Below, piece by piece: positions 41,499 through 50,933 of a stretch of DNA of 64,000 nt; position 1 is the first letter of the stretch, and each line of letters begins with the position of its first letter. The notes beneath the pieces were generated by a model that saw nothing but the letters and a program-made list of their open reading frames with translations, had not been told where the DNA came from and did no database searches. The position numbers and the translations under genes were made by a program. The stretch lies in contig JAHQWK010000016.1 in NCBI GenBank assembly GCA_029856145.1, forward strand, positions 91,264-155,263, read 5' to 3'. The stretch is from Promethearchaeia archaeon. GTDB taxonomy: Archaea; Asgardarchaeota; Lokiarchaeia; Sigyniarchaeales; SOKP01.

Positions 41499-42950
41499 AT
41501 GGAACTTTCAGACGATTTGAAAAAAATTGATGAAAATTTAATTAAACAATTAAATCAGATAGCAAATGATAAAGTAGAATATTGGGACATTAGAGCTGAA
41601 GTAAATAATGGTACTAGTCTAGATTTCACCAATCAAAAAAGTAAGGAAATTTCTTCTTTTGAAATTATTAATTGTGGAATTAGAGCTTTTAAAAATGGTG
41701 GATGGGGTTTTTCTGTACTAAAGGACCTACAAAGAGAATCCATTAAGATAGGATTACAGAAAGCTATGAAATTAGCAAAATTATCTGAATCATTAACTAA
41801 AATCAAATTTAATATTGCTCGAAATGACCCATTGATTGAAGAATATAAGAGTAAAAGCAAAAAAAATTTAGAAGATATCGATATTGACAATAAAATAAAC
41901 CTTGTTAAATATCATGAAGAAAATGCATCAAATTATTCATCATATGTTAAAAATACTCACACCCTCTATATGGATGGACACTCTCAAACCCTATTTTTAA
42001 ATTCTTTTGGAAGCAATATTATTCAAGATTTATCATTAGTGCGATTATTTTGTATGGTTTTTACTAATAAAAACGGAACTACCCAGAGTTCTGTAAATTC
42101 TGTTGCGGGTGTTGGAGGATATGAAATTGTTGAGACTGAGAAAGCTAATAATTTAAGTAAAAAAACTGCTAAAGAAGCAGTAGAACTATTGGATGCAAAA
42201 TCTCCAGTTGGTGGCAAACTAACCGTTATTGCCGACTCTAAATTGACTGGAACAATTATCCATGAAGCATTTGGACATGCGTGTGAAGCAGATCTAGTTT
42301 TAAATAATGAAAGTATCTTAAAAGGGATGATTGGAAATAAAGTTGCCTCGGAGCAAGTCACTATAGTAGATAACCCCTCGATGGGTCAGGCAGAACAATT
42401 TAATTTACCATATGAGTTATTTGGCAGTTATTTTGTAGATGACGAGGGAATTCCTTCACAAAAAACAATAATTATTGAAAATGGTATACTAAAAAATTAT
42501 TTACATAATTTAGAAACCTCTTCAAGAATGGGTGTTCCTCCGAATGGGCATGGAAGGGCATCCGTAAGTTCCGAGAGGCCTCAAGTACGTATGGGATTTA
42601 CCTATATAGAACCAAAAGATTGGAGTTTAGAAGACATAATTGAAGACACAAAAAATGGAATTTTATGTAAGGATTTTCAGTATGGATATACTGATCCAAC
42701 AACTGGTAATTTTCAATTTAAATGCAGATTTTCATATAAAATCAAAGATGGGGAAAAAAAAGAAATAATGAGAGATGTTTCTCTTAGTGGCATGATTCTT
42801 GAAGCTTTAAATGAAATATCCGCAATTGGTAACAGAAAAACATTTAACTATTCTGTGGGAATTTGTGGAAAAGGTGGTCAACGTGTTAGAGTATGTGATG
42901 GAGCCCCCTATATACGAATAGAAGATATAACTGTCGGAGGCTTGAGTTAA
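41499..42950 (+). CDS. tldD: TldD metalloprotease
   Basis: HEAFGHACEAD, DDEG, GHGRA, CGKGGQ. Confidence 0.92.
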   Translation: MELSDDLKKIDENLIKQLNQIANDKVEYWDIRAEVNNGTSLDFTNQKSKEISSFEIINCGIRAFKNGGWGFSVLKDLQRESIKIGLQKAMKLAKLSESLTKIKFNIARNDPLIEEYKSKSKKNLEDIDIDNKINLVKYHEENASNYSSYVKNTHTLYMDGHSQTLFLNSFGSNIIQDLSLVRLFCMVFTNKNGTTQSSVNSVAGVGGYEIVETEKANNLSKKTAKEAVELLDAKSPVGGKLTVIADSKLTGTIIHEAFGHACEADLVLNNESILKGMIGNKVASEQVTIVDNPSMGQAEQFNLPYELFGSYFVDDEGIPSQKTIIIENGILKNYLHNLETSSRMGVPPNGHGRASVSSERPQVRMGFTYIEPKDWSLEDIIEDTKNGILCKDFQYGYTDPTTGNFQFKCRFSYKIKDGEKKEIMRDVSLSGMILEALNEISAIGNRKTFNYSVGICGKGGQRVRVCDGAPYIRIEDITVGGLS

Positions 42951-44324
42951 ATGGAGGATTCAGACATTTATACTATAGCAGATTTCTGTTCGAAATTAAT
43001 CGAAAAAGAAAATTCAGAGATAAAGTGTACAGATATTTACTTTGAAAAAAGTAATTATATCAATATTGAAATTGAAGAAAATTCAATAAAGAATAGTGAA
43101 ACTGGAGAGGATAATGGTGTGTCAATCAGGGTTATCAGTAAAAATGGATCCCTAGGCTTCGCATATTCAAACAAATTGGATAGAATTACTTTAGAGAAAA
43201 TATGTAAAACAGCCATCAAAATGATGAAAGTTGCCACTCCAGATCCCGATTTTAAGAATTTACCCAATTCATTCAAGAACTATCCCGTTGTTAACGGTTT
43301 ATTTGATAAGAATTTAAAATATTTGGAAATAGAAGATTCTATAAATTATGCTGAAGATTTGATTGAAATTTGTAAAGATGATGAGATGGCAATTTCTCAA
43401 TCTGGTAATTTTGCTTCAGGTTACTCTAAAATATTTATTTTTAATTCTAATGGTTTAAGCGTCTCACGAAAAGAAACAAGTTGTATAATATCTTCTAATA
43501 TCATAGTTAAGGATAAAATAAGTAAAGAAACATCTTCCGGTTATGAAAGGCAAATAGAGAGAAGTTTAAGTAAATTAAATGCTATAAATGTCGCAAATTT
43601 AGCTCTCGAAGATGCTAAACAGAATCTCAATAGGAAGAAAATTAAAAACATGAAAGGGCCGGTAATTTTAACTCCAAAAGGTACAATAAGTCTAATTTTA
43701 AGACCGGTTGCTGCCGCAATTAATGCCGATACTTTTCAGTATAAAAGAAGTTTCTTAGTAGATAAAAGAAGTAAGAAAATAGGATCAGATTATTTAAATA
43801 TAGAAGATAATGGATTGATTCATGGTGCAGCTGGTTCTCAGATATTTGATGATGAAGGAGTCCCTTGTAAAAATAAAAAGATCTTAGAAAATGGAAAATT
43901 TCTTAAAAATGGATTATTACATAATAGTTATACGGCGGGAAAAGAAGGAGTTGAAAGTACTGGAAATGCATCACGTGGTTCTTATATTTCAATTCCCTCA
44001 ATCGGGATTACTAATTTTATTATGAAACCAGGAGATTTAACTTTAGAAGAAATATTTAAGGACATTAAAGAAGGAATTATCCTGAATTATACAGGAGATT
44101 CTCCTAATATATCAACTGGTGATTTTTCTGGTTTAATACTACATGGAAATTTGATTCAAAATGGAGAAGTAAAGGAGCCATTGAATGAAACAATGATAGG
44201 CATAAATCTTATGGATTTATTTCAAAATATTGATGCCGTTTCAAAAGAATATAGAGTCTATGGAGCATTTCAAGCACCATGGGTAAGAATAAACTCGGTA
44301 AACATAATTGGAGGAGCAAATTAA
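42951..44324 (+). CDS. pmbA: PmbA/TldE partner subunit
   Basis: FDDEG, STGNASR, TGDFS; lacks HExxH; abuts tldD. Confidence 0.88.
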   Translation: MEDSDIYTIADFCSKLIEKENSEIKCTDIYFEKSNYINIEIEENSIKNSETGEDNGVSIRVISKNGSLGFAYSNKLDRITLEKICKTAIKMMKVATPDPDFKNLPNSFKNYPVVNGLFDKNLKYLEIEDSINYAEDLIEICKDDEMAISQSGNFASGYSKIFIFNSNGLSVSRKETSCIISSNIIVKDKISKETSSGYERQIERSLSKLNAINVANLALEDAKQNLNRKKIKNMKGPVILTPKGTISLILRPVAAAINADTFQYKRSFLVDKRSKKIGSDYLNIEDNGLIHGAAGSQIFDDEGVPCKNKKILENGKFLKNGLLHNSYTAGKEGVESTGNASRGSYISIPSIGITNFIMKPGDLTLEEIFKDIKEGIILNYTGDSPNISTGDFSGLILHGNLIQNGEVKEPLNETMIGINLMDLFQNIDAVSKEYRVYGAFQAPWVRINSVNIIGGAN

Positions 44325-44842
44325 TTAGTTATATTTAGCCATAAGTAAAGTATAAAATAAAATTCTTCAATTTCACTTTTTATTTCCCATAATTCAACAA
44401 TAATCGTCTGATTAGCTCCTGGTTGAGAAAATGAAATATTTAACATTTCAGACATCCAAAATTGTTTATTTAATAATATAGTTTTAGTAGTATTAAAGTA
44501 AGATGTGGCATTAATAGAACCAGAAGAAGTTACAACAGTTTCATTATCACCTTTTAAAACCTCAATTCGAAAGGAAAATTCTCGGTTAAGCTGATTTTCA
44601 ACAGTTACATAAAAAGAAATAGTCTCATTGACAGATGCTTCAGTGGGATAATTTCCTGCTTCTTGATTCTCATTTAAGATACCAAATGTAGCGTAACCAG
44701 GTTCAGGTGTTAAAATGTAATAAATGATAAATCCTGAAACAACAATAATCCCAATAATCAGACAAATTTTAAGCAATTTCTCAAAATGCTTATTGCTGTT
44801 TTTCAAATCTCTTTTTTCATTTTTCTTAGTATTCTCACTCAT
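44321..44842 (-). CDS. Membrane-anchored Ig-like protein (DUF1616-like)
   Basis: Single TM, then FGIL...AGNYP and a beta-rich ectodomain with several N-x-S/T sequons; ATG at 44842 overlaps the upstream stop. Confidence 0.65.
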   Translation of the reverse strand: MSENTKKNEKRDLKNSNKHFEKLLKICLIIGIIVVSGFIIYYILTPEPGYATFGILNENQEAGNYPTEASVNETISFYVTVENQLNREFSFRIEVLKGDNETVVTSSGSINATSYFNTTKTILLNKQFWMSEMLNISFSQPGANQTIIVELWEIKSEIEEFYFILYLWLNITN

Positions 44843-45896
44843 TATCTTTAAACCAAGCAATAGTTTTCTTTAATCCTTCTTCTAGCGAGGTTGTCGGTTC
44901 CCAATTGAGAATCTTTTTAGCTTTTTCTATAACGGGGCATCTATATACAGGATCATCTATAGGCAACGGTTTAAAAACTATTTTTGAATTCGAATTGGCT
45001 AAATCTTTTAAAATACGAGCTAGTTCTAAAATGGTATATTCTTTGTTATTACCTAAATTAATAACTTCTCCAATAGCCTCATCTTTGTATACCATTTTAA
45101 GAATACCCTCAATCTCATCCACTACGTAAATAAAAGATCTAGTCTGAGATCCATCTCCAAATACGGTTATATCTTCATCATGAAGGGCTTGATGTATAAA
45201 ATTAGGAACAACCCTGCCAAATTCAGGACCATGTCGGATTCTAGGCCCTGAAGTATTAAAAATCCTAACTATTTTCGTTCTCATTTTATGTTGAAGTTCA
45301 TACGCTTTAATAAAAGCCTCTCCAGCTCGTTTAGATTCGTCATAGCAACTTCTAGGGCCGACTGGGTTTACATGTCCAAAATAACTTTCTGGTGTCGGAA
45401 TAGCTTCTTTTGGGGGATTTCCATAAACTTCAGATGTACTTGTATAAAAGAAAATAGCATTGTGGAACTTTGCAATCCCTAAAGAATTTAATGTTCCAAG
45501 TGTATTGCTTCTAAGAATAGATATAGGTTCCTTCTGAAATTCAAATGGAGATGCTCTACTCGCCATATGCATTACAATATCAATTTTATTAATATCTCCT
45601 ATACAAATGCCTAATGGGTGATAACTCATCCCAAAATATATTGGATAAGAGATATCATGATTAATAAAACGAAAGTTTTCTTTCTCCATTAAATGTAATA
45701 TATTTTTAGGTTTCCCCGAAGATAAATTATCTAAACAGATACAGTGTGCACCCTGTTCAACTAATACATCACAAACCCAAGAGCCAAGAAAACCAGCACC
45801 TCCAATTACCAAAATTGTTTTGCCTTCAAAAGAAATATTATCTTTTTTAAACCTTTTAACTATCTCTTGAATATCTTGGTTAATATCATAGTTCAA
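44835..45896 (-). CDS. UDP-glucuronate decarboxylase-like NAD-dependent epimerase/dehydratase
   Basis: GGAGFLGS, STSEVYG, GPRSCYDESKR, RIFNT.GPR, DGSQTRSF. Confidence 0.9.
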   Translation of the reverse strand: MNYDINQDIQEIVKRFKKDNISFEGKTILVIGGAGFLGSWVCDVLVEQGAHCICLDNLSSGKPKNILHLMEKENFRFINHDISYPIYFGMSYHPLGICIGDINKIDIVMHMASRASPFEFQKEPISILRSNTLGTLNSLGIAKFHNAIFFYTSTSEVYGNPPKEAIPTPESYFGHVNPVGPRSCYDESKRAGEAFIKAYELQHKMRTKIVRIFNTSGPRIRHGPEFGRVVPNFIHQALHDEDITVFGDGSQTRSFIYVVDEIEGILKMVYKDEAIGEVINLGNNKEYTILELARILKDLANSNSKIVFKPLPIDDPVYRCPVIEKAKKILNWEPTTSLEEGLKKTIAWFKDNE

Positions 45897-46072
45897 TTTT
45901 CATAACCTTAGTACGTTTTAATATAGTACTTCTTATTTATTGTGGTAAATAAATTTTTCTTTCTGATATTAACCGCGTTTTAGTATTTAGATTTAATATT
46001 AAATCTGAACTTTTAAAGGTTGAAAATAAAGATATATATCAAAATTATTGGATGATTAAGTAATAAGGATGT

Positions 46073-46669
46073 TTAATTTGTTTTTGAACCACAATATTGG
46101 CAAAATTTTAACTCTAGCGGATAATGTTTCCCACAATTAGGACATTTTTTTAATGACTTTTTAAGAATTTCACGTCCTAACATCTCAAAAGCTTTTTCAA
46201 CATTTTCACCTGTTTTTGCAGAAGTACTTAAGATTTCTCCTTGAAATTTATGTTTTTCAAATATATTCATCACGTCTTCTTTTTTCACTTTTCTTTTTAA
46301 ATCCGTTTTTGCTTCAATTAAAATTTTGGTTTTAGGAGAATTAGGAACAGATGAGATTACATTTATCCAATCATAAAGATCATTTAGAGAATCCTCATTT
46401 GTAACATCGTATAACATTAAAGCCCCTGAAGCACCAGATACATAAGATGGAAATAGTAATCGAAATTTTTTCTCTCCAGCAAAGTCCCAAATATTCAATA
46501 ATATTTCAGTCTCATCAACTATTACTTTTTTAGTTTCAAAATCTACACCAATAGTAGATAATGTTGATTTCTCGAATTTACCAGTAGCATATCTACGGAT
46601 CAAGCTTGTTTTTCCGACGTTTTTAGCTCCTGCTACTACTACTTTAAATTTTATCATATCTTTCTTCAC
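46073..46669 (-). CDS. Rab-like small GTPase with C-terminal zinc ribbon
   Basis: G1 GAKNVGKT, G2 TIGVDF, G3 WDFAGE, G4 AKTD, G5 SAK; CPNC...CQYCG tail. Confidence 0.9.
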   Translation of the reverse strand: MKKDMIKFKVVVAGAKNVGKTSLIRRYATGKFEKSTLSTIGVDFETKKVIVDETEILLNIWDFAGEKKFRLLFPSYVSGASGALMLYDVTNEDSLNDLYDWINVISSVPNSPKTKILIEAKTDLKRKVKKEDVMNIFEKHKFQGEILSTSAKTGENVEKAFEMLGREILKKSLKKCPNCGKHYPLELKFCQYCGSKTN

Positions 46670-46790
46670 TCAGCTTTTTTTGAACTTGTATCCTTACTCA
46701 ATAAAAGTCAATAATAGTATAAATTATTATTGAAGATATTAAAAATCTTTTTTATTGTTTTAATAAATTAAAGATTTTATTATTACCAAT

Positions 46791-49136
46791 TTAGTGGTCA
46801 TATTTATACTTATAACGGCTTATTTTATAGATTTCTTGAGCAATTTTTTTTCCAATGTTCTCGATTTTTGTTAAATCGGGGATATCTGCTAAGAAAACAT
46901 TTTGTAAAGTCTTTAATTCTTTCAATAAGTTTTTTGCCCGAAGTGTGTTTACACCAGGTATCCCCGCAACTAAATATTCTAATAAATGCGATGTTTCAAT
47001 AGGAGCTTTATCAAATCTTAGTTTAGGTGAAGATTTTGTAATTGATTGTTCTTTCCTTGCTAATTGATAGAGAAATTGAGCTGTCTCAATAGCGTTTTCA
47101 GTTTTGTAGATTGAAATTCCTAAGTTAAGAATTATTGAAGTTATTGCCCCATAAAGAGCATTTTCGCTAATATTTGAATCCTGAAATGGATCTCCTTCTA
47201 AGATTAAAATTGGTCTTAAAAATTTCTCGCCAAGTTCACTCAATTCAGTAAATAATCTTCCATCAATGATAGAATCATTAAAATCTTTAGCAGATTTTCT
47301 TTCAATTCCCACTCTTTCTGAAATAACATAATCCGCGACTAATAATTGCTCTAGTTTAAGTTTAACACCCATTAATGAAAGAGTTCTTACAACTGGAGAT
47401 GCTGTTTCACGATTATCACAAATAATTTCGAATTCGTCTGCATCTTCAATCTTTTTAATCGAACTTAGATCCGGTCCCTCTTTTTCTTTTGATTTATTCT
47501 CTTCATTTTTCTCAGAGGAAATAAAATTGAAAAGATTAGATTGCCCAAACTTCGATTTAGACTCTGAGCTCTTTATTTTATCTAAACTTAATTTCATATT
47601 TTTTTCTTTAGATTTTTCTGCCCAATAATATCCTTCATCTCTAGTACCTTCTGCCATTAATACAAAAACTCTCCCCTCCTTTTTTCTACCAGTACGCCCA
47701 CGACGTTGAATAGAACGAATAGCACTAGGAACAACATCATAAAACACTACTAAATCACATTCTTCAATATCTAAACCTTCTTCAGCAACACTTGTACCTA
47801 CTAAAGTATTATAAATTCCCTCTTTAAATTCACTAAGTAGATTAATTTGCTCTTTTTGAGTTAAACCTTTATCTGATCCTCTTGTTGCTTGCCCAACAAA
47901 CTTATGAATTTTAATTATCTCATCTTCTTCAAGTAATTTTACTATATTATTAACAGAATCCCTAAAGTGACAAAAAACAAGTATTCTTGAATTAGAATTT
48001 GCATTTATCTGATCAGTTAAAATTTCCTTTAACTTTTCTATTTTTGGATGGACCACGCCTTTAGAATAGAGTTTAATTGTTAAATCTTTAGCTTGTTTAA
48101 ACTCTCTATCAAAAAATAGCTCTTTTAACGATTTATTCGCAGTATTATTCTTAATCTTCTCTTCATTCTTTTTAAAATAATCTTTAAGAGCACTTACACC
48201 TTGAGTTTCTATTAACTCAGTCATGTGAGATAATCTAATGGCATTAGCTGCCACCTTTTTTGCGTTAAACATTTGGAATTTTTCATCATTATCTCTTGCT
48301 GTAGAAATTCTTCGATTAATTAAGCTGTTTAATTTTAATAAATCCTTTCTAGTGATTTTATTTATATCATAAGACCCAAGCAAATCGTTTTCCTTTAAGA
48401 TTTTATAAAATGCTTTTAACTTTTGTTCTAGGATTTTTTTAACTTCTAAAAACTCACTAGGGAGCTTAATTTTTATCCATTCATTATCTACTTTATGAAT
48501 ATAAGGTTTGACATCTAAATCCTTTTCTGTCCTGATTTCAATATGATTAATAAATAAATTTTGTTTAATCTCATTAATTTTACCTTCAGTTGATCCTGGA
48601 CTTGCTGTTAGACCTAAGATTTGAGAGTTATTAGTGATATCCATATATTTTTTTGCAAGATAACAATAAGCATAATCTCCTACTGCTCTATGACATTCAT
48701 CAAAAATCATTAATGAAACATCTTTAATTGAGTATAGCCCAGAAATAAGGTCGTTTTGAAGTACTTGAGGAGTCATAAAAGCAACTTTTATTTCTGCCCA
48801 CAAATCCTTCCTTTTTTTAGGAGCAATTGCCCCAGTAAGAGTTATGAGTGATTCTTCAGGAAGCTTAGTCAACTTTAAAAATGAATTATAGTGTTGCTCT
48901 ACTAGAGGTTTAGTAGGTGCCAAAAGTATTACTTTTGAATCTTCAATTTCTGTTAATCTTTGTACAGCAAGCATTAAAGCTATGATTGTCTTGCCTAAAC
49001 CTGTCGGTATAACAACCAAACAGTTTCTATTTAAACAATTAATAAAAATACTCTCTTGGTATTCTCGCCGAGATATAATATTTTGCTTAATTAATGGGTG
49101 AGAAATAAATTCTTCATTTGCAGTTACTAGAATCAC
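46791..49136 (-). CDS. hef: Hef helicase-nuclease (FANCM/XPF homolog)
   Basis: PTGLGKT, DECH, TASPG, QRRGRTGR, then ERCC4 nuclease DNRE...DY..IERKS..DGRL and HhH repeats. Confidence 0.95.
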   Translation of the reverse strand: MILVTANEEFISHPLIKQNIISRREYQESIFINCLNRNCLVVIPTGLGKTIIALMLAVQRLTEIEDSKVILLAPTKPLVEQHYNSFLKLTKLPEESLITLTGAIAPKKRKDLWAEIKVAFMTPQVLQNDLISGLYSIKDVSLMIFDECHRAVGDYAYCYLAKKYMDITNNSQILGLTASPGSTEGKINEIKQNLFINHIEIRTEKDLDVKPYIHKVDNEWIKIKLPSEFLEVKKILEQKLKAFYKILKENDLLGSYDINKITRKDLLKLNSLINRRISTARDNDEKFQMFNAKKVAANAIRLSHMTELIETQGVSALKDYFKKNEEKIKNNTANKSLKELFFDREFKQAKDLTIKLYSKGVVHPKIEKLKEILTDQINANSNSRILVFCHFRDSVNNIVKLLEEDEIIKIHKFVGQATRGSDKGLTQKEQINLLSEFKEGIYNTLVGTSVAEEGLDIEECDLVVFYDVVPSAIRSIQRRGRTGRKKEGRVFVLMAEGTRDEGYYWAEKSKEKNMKLSLDKIKSSESKSKFGQSNLFNFISSEKNEENKSKEKEGPDLSSIKKIEDADEFEIICDNRETASPVVRTLSLMGVKLKLEQLLVADYVISERVGIERKSAKDFNDSIIDGRLFTELSELGEKFLRPILILEGDPFQDSNISENALYGAITSIILNLGISIYKTENAIETAQFLYQLARKEQSITKSSPKLRFDKAPIETSHLLEYLVAGIPGVNTLRAKNLLKELKTLQNVFLADIPDLTKIENIGKKIAQEIYKISRYKYKYDH

Positions 49137-49325
49137 CAGTAAGTATAAGAATATTTTAGCTATTGAAGATAAAATTTAATTACAATATTTAAACTAACAG
49201 ACTTTATAAGATCATTAAATTAATTAAATTCTTAAATCGAATTAACAATTATTTAATAAATTTAATTAATTAAAGAGTAAAGTAATATTTAATTCGTATG
49301 GCTTACTAGTTTTAAATAAAAATGA

Positions 49326-49429
49326 GCGCGGGTGGTCTAGTGGTATGACGACATATATTTTGCTTATCGCATCTAAAGCGTTAAACGCTCACACCGTGTA
49401 AATCAGGGGTTCAATTCCCCTCCTGCGCA
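49326..49429 (+). tRNA. tRNA-Val(CAC) with 32-nt non-canonical intron (about 49353-49384, position 28/29)
   Basis: Acceptor GCGCGGG/CCTGCGC+A; D arm GTCTAGTGGTATGAC; T arm AGGGG-TTCAATT-CCCCT; after intron removal anticodon stem ACACG/CGTGT with loop CT-CAC-AC. Confidence 0.85.
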
Positions 49430-49541
49430 CTATAAAACCTATTAATCATTATATATGTATTAAAATCTTAGTAAAAACCAAAAAAGTTATATGAAATTAT
49501 ACATTTTCAAAAGTTAAATTACTCTTTCTTTGGGTTTAATT

Positions 49542-49844
49542 ATGTCTAGTTTTTTGGAATCTCGAGAGTTACGTAAACAATATAAGAAAGTTAGAGAATA
49601 TGTTAAGATAGGATCGATTTTTTTAACTAGATACGAGAAAGCAAGAATAGTAGGGGCAAGAGCTCTGCAAATATCATTTGGGGCACCCATTTTAGTGGAT
49701 AAACCCACAAATATGATAGATCCCATCAAAATTGCTCAATTAGAGCTCAGATCAAGAATCTTACCATTAACCATCAGACGTGAAAATCCCAGTGGAGAAT
49801 ATCAAGATATTCTTATAAATAAGTTGATATTGAAAAAAGATTAA
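49542..49844 (+). CDS. rpo6: DNA-directed RNA polymerase subunit Rpo6 (K)
   Basis: [21 protein letters not shown]...DPIKIA..EL...LPLTIRR. Confidence 0.95.
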   Translation: MSSFLESRELRKQYKKVREYVKIGSIFLTRYEKARIVGARALQISFGAPILVDKPTNMIDPIKIAQLELRSRILPLTIRRENPSGEYQDILINKLILKKD

Positions 49845-49859
49845 ATCTTCATTTTATTT

Positions 49860-50318
49860 TTATTGAACGCGATATTTTCCTCGTTCAGTTAAAAAATATA
49901 CTAGTTTATCTCCGACCATTTCTGATTCTAAATATCCTTTTGAAATTAAATCGCCAAGAATTTCTTCTAATTCTACTTTTTTAAAACCGGGGATTCCTAA
50001 TGGGATCCTTGATTGGTTGGCAATTATCGCAATTCTTTCTAAAAATAGTCTTTTACCCATAAATGATTCAAGGATAGTAATTTCATCATTTGATAACGTT
50101 TCAAATTGGTCATGCTCCAAATAACTTTCTTTTAGAGTTTGAGCTAGATCTCTAGTCTCTGGACTAATTTCTTGTTTTTTTACTTCAACGTGCTCTAATG
50201 TAACTAGATCTTTAGCGACGGTTTTTTTTTTACTTTCATTCATTTTTTCTATATAAGCTTTAACTTTCTCTTTATCCTCGTTCTCTTCTTCAGTAGGCTG
50301 ATCATTTTTATTTTCCAT
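49860..50318 (-). CDS. Hypothetical protein with C-terminal winged-helix
   Basis: Charged N-terminus; LGDLISKGYLES...YFLTERG wing motif. Confidence 0.65.
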   Translation of the reverse strand: MENKNDQPTEEENEDKEKVKAYIEKMNESKKKTVAKDLVTLEHVEVKKQEISPETRDLAQTLKESYLEHDQFETLSNDEITILESFMGKRLFLERIAIIANQSRIPLGIPGFKKVELEEILGDLISKGYLESEMVGDKLVYFLTERGKYRVQ

Positions 50319-50363
50319 AATATTACCATAAGGAATTTAATTATAAAAATTTATATTTAAATA

Positions 50364-50933
50364 ATGAAAAAGGTCTTAGAGATAAAAACTGGAGAAACAA
50401 TAGTTTTTAGACATTTAACTAAATCAGATGTTGATGGTGTTTGGAACAATTTTAATGAAGTTATTAATGAAGGTTTATACTTACCTGTATTATTTCCTGT
50501 GAGATCTCAATTAGAGAAAGATTCATGGTATCATAATATTAAAAACGAGAAAGAAATATGTATAGTTGCAGAAAATACAGCTCTTAAACGCCCCTATAAT
50601 ATTATTGGACAATGTGAGATTTCTAATTCTAATTGGGATGCCGCAGCGCACGTAGGTACCTTAGGGATTATTGTAAAAGAAAAATATCGAAATTTAACTA
50701 TTGGAAGAAATCTTATTGATTTAGCCATTCGAGAATCTAAAAGACTAAATAATAAAGAAAAAATTGTTTTAAGCAGTTTTTCAAATAATCAGAGGGCTAT
50801 CCATCTTTTTACAGAATTAGGGTTTAAAACTATAGGCGTAAGAAAGAAGCAATTTTTAATGGATTCAGACTATATTGATGAGGTTTTGATGGAACTCTGG
50901 ATAGACGACTCCTTTATTCTAGGGGAACTTTAA
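50364..50933 (+). CDS. GNAT family N-acetyltransferase
   Basis: GIIVKEKYRNLTIG, NQRAIHLFTELGF, D.VLM. Confidence 0.88.
   Translation: MKKVLEIKTGETIVFRHLTKSDVDGVWNNFNEVINEGLYLPVLFPVRSQLEKDSWYHNIKNEKEICIVAENTALKRPYNIIGQCEISNSNWDAAAHVGTLGIIVKEKYRNLTIGRNLIDLAIRESKRLNNKEKIVLSSFSNNQRAIHLFTELGFKTIGVRKKQFLMDSDYIDEVLMELWIDDSFILGEL

Noticed and set aside
41499-44324. TldD/PmbA as part of a RiPP biosynthetic cluster
   Set aside because: No precursor peptide, YcaO or other modification genes nearby; the pair is common in archaea
49405-49429. tRNA-Val 3' end as the integration site of the downstream island
   Set aside because: No duplicate of the tRNA 3' end and no integrase were seen in the window, and core genes (rpo6) lie between the tRNA and the island
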